Below, in pieces: positions 62,365 to 64,000 of a stretch of 64,000 nt of DNA (positions are counted from its first letter, which is position 1; each line of letters opens with the position of its first letter). Below the pieces are notes generated by a model. That model searched no databases. It was not told the origin of the DNA and saw nothing but the letters and a program-made list of their open reading frames with translations. Source of the stretch: Mobula hypostoma (lineage: Eukaryota); NCBI RefSeq assembly GCF_963921235.1, contig NC_086108.1, forward strand, positions 106,704,001-106,768,000. Direction: 5' to 3'. A program made the translations under genes and the position numbers.

Positions 62365-62768
62365 ACCTGAGTTATAGGGAAAGGTTGAAAAGGTTAGGGC
62401 ATTATTCCCTGGAGCACAGGAGAATGAGGGGAAATTTGATAGAAGTGCACAAAATAATGAGGGTTATCAGCAGGGTAAATGCAAGCAGGCTTTTCCCACT
62501 GAGGTTGAGTGGGACATGAAATAGACATCATGGGTTAAGGGTGAAAGGTGAATAGTTTAAGGGGGACATGAGGGGGAATTTTTTTCACTCAGAGAGTGGT
62601 GAGAGTGTGGAAAGAGCTTCCAGTAAAAGTGGTGGATGTGGGTTTGACTTCAACACTTAAGGGAAATATGGATAGGTCCAGGTGCAGGTTGATAAAACAA
62701 TAGTTAGGCACAGACTAGACAGGCCGAAGAGCCTGTTTCAGGGCTATTGAATCTCTATGACTCTATGA
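62365..62768 (+). mobile_element. CR1 3' end
   Basis: CR1 C-terminal codons; tail ctctatgactctatgact. Confidence 0.8.
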
Positions 62769-63474
62769 CTTCCTACGGCAATGATAATAAGCTTGTTTCT
62801 GATTCTGATTCTGCCAGAGTGATGAAACTGCTAACATTCAGATACGATGATCAACCGAAGCTCCAACTGCTCACTGATTCGTAGAGGCACATCACAGACG
62901 CAGGTGCTTCAGCCCAAACAGTCCACATCGAGCTTCCACCACCAAGTGGCCTCCGAACCCACACCTCATTGAGCAACTTGTGGTTTATCCCTGCCTGGGA
63001 CTCATGGACACCTCATTTAATGGTAAGGCTCCATGGCATACAAAAGGTTGGGGACCAGTGATGTAAATGCACTTTCTCCATAGCTGTTACACTTCATTCT
63101 TCCTTTGTTACTGTTTTACCTTGTTCTAGCTCAATACATTATGTAATAATGTGATATATGTGAATAGTATGCAAGAGAAGCTTTCAGTACACGTGACAAG
63201 AATACACTAATTCATAGAACCTAGAGTACAGAACAGCACAGTACTGTACAGGCCTTTCAGCCCATGATGTTGTGCCGAACCCTTTAACCTACTCTAAGAT
63301 CAATCTAACCCTTCCCTCCCTCACAGCCCTCCATTTTTCAATCATCCATGTGCCGGTCGAAGAACTTTAAAAATTACCCAAATGTATCTGCCTCTACCAC
63401 CGTCTGTGGCAGAATGTTTGATGCACCACCACTCTCTGTGTAAAGAACTTACCTCCGATATCTCCCCCTATACA

Positions 63475-64000
63475 TTCAATAGACAATAGGTGCAGGAGTA
63501 GGCCATTTGGCCCTTCGAGCCAGCACCGCCATTCACTGTGATCATGGCTGATCATCCACAATCAGTATCCAGTTCCTGCCTTATCCCCATAACCTTTGAT
63601 TCCGCTATCTTTAAGAGCTCTCTCCATCTCTTTCTTGAAAGCATCCAGAGACTTGGCCTCCACAGCCTTCTGGGGCAGAGCATTCCATATATCCACCACT
63701 CTCTGGGTGAAAAAGATTTTCCTCAATTCTGTTCTAAATGGCCTACCCCTAATTCTTAAACTGTGGCCTCTGGTTCTGGACTCACCCATCAGCGGGAACA
63801 TGTTTCCTGCCTCCAGCGTGCCCAATCCCTTAATAATCTTATATGTTTCAATAAGATCCCCTCTCAGCCTTCTAAATTCCAGAGTATACAAGCCCAGTTG
63901 CTCCAATCTTTCAACATATGACAGTCCCGCCATCCTGGGAATTAACCTTGTGAACCTACGCTGCACTCCCTCAATAGCAAGAATGTCCTTCCTCAAATTT
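63475..64000 (-). mobile_element. Young CR1 3' end (runs off the window)
   Basis: Uninterrupted ORF 63562-63996 (RKDILAIEGVQRRFTRLIP...FFTQRVVDIWNALP). Confidence 0.93.

Overview
Eukaryotic, repeat-saturated intronic or intergenic DNA with no recognisable host protein-coding gene. The repeat mix (many CR1 LINEs, Rex1/L2-type 3' ends, tRNA-derived V-SINE/HE1-like SINEs, Neptune-type Penelope elements) suggests a cartilaginous fish; this is an inference. Best-supported elements: (1) a complete but mutated CsRn1-clade Ty3/Gypsy element at 7529-11812 (-) with both LTRs, a GTAC target-site duplication (TSD), tRNA-Trp primer-binding site, polypurine tract, CHCC Gag motif and a gag-pol -1 frameshift signal; (2) a 1.9-kb head-to-head Penelope-like palindrome at 5038-6928 with a 14-bp TSD, GIY-YIG remnants and minimal hammerhead ribozymes; (3) a near full-length CR1 at about 31480-35780 interrupted by a Penelope fragment; (4) a non-autonomous hAT at 53805-54915; (5) RTE, R4/Dong, Rex1 and Tc1 remnants and a solo LTR. 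More unusual observations: two families of composite elements built from tiny terminal-inverted-repeat (TIR) palindromes, an orphan poly(A)-tailed insertion with a structured 3' region, and an HDV-like pseudoknot topology at RTE 5' ends. All alignments and counts were done by eye, and boundaries of decayed repeats are approximate.
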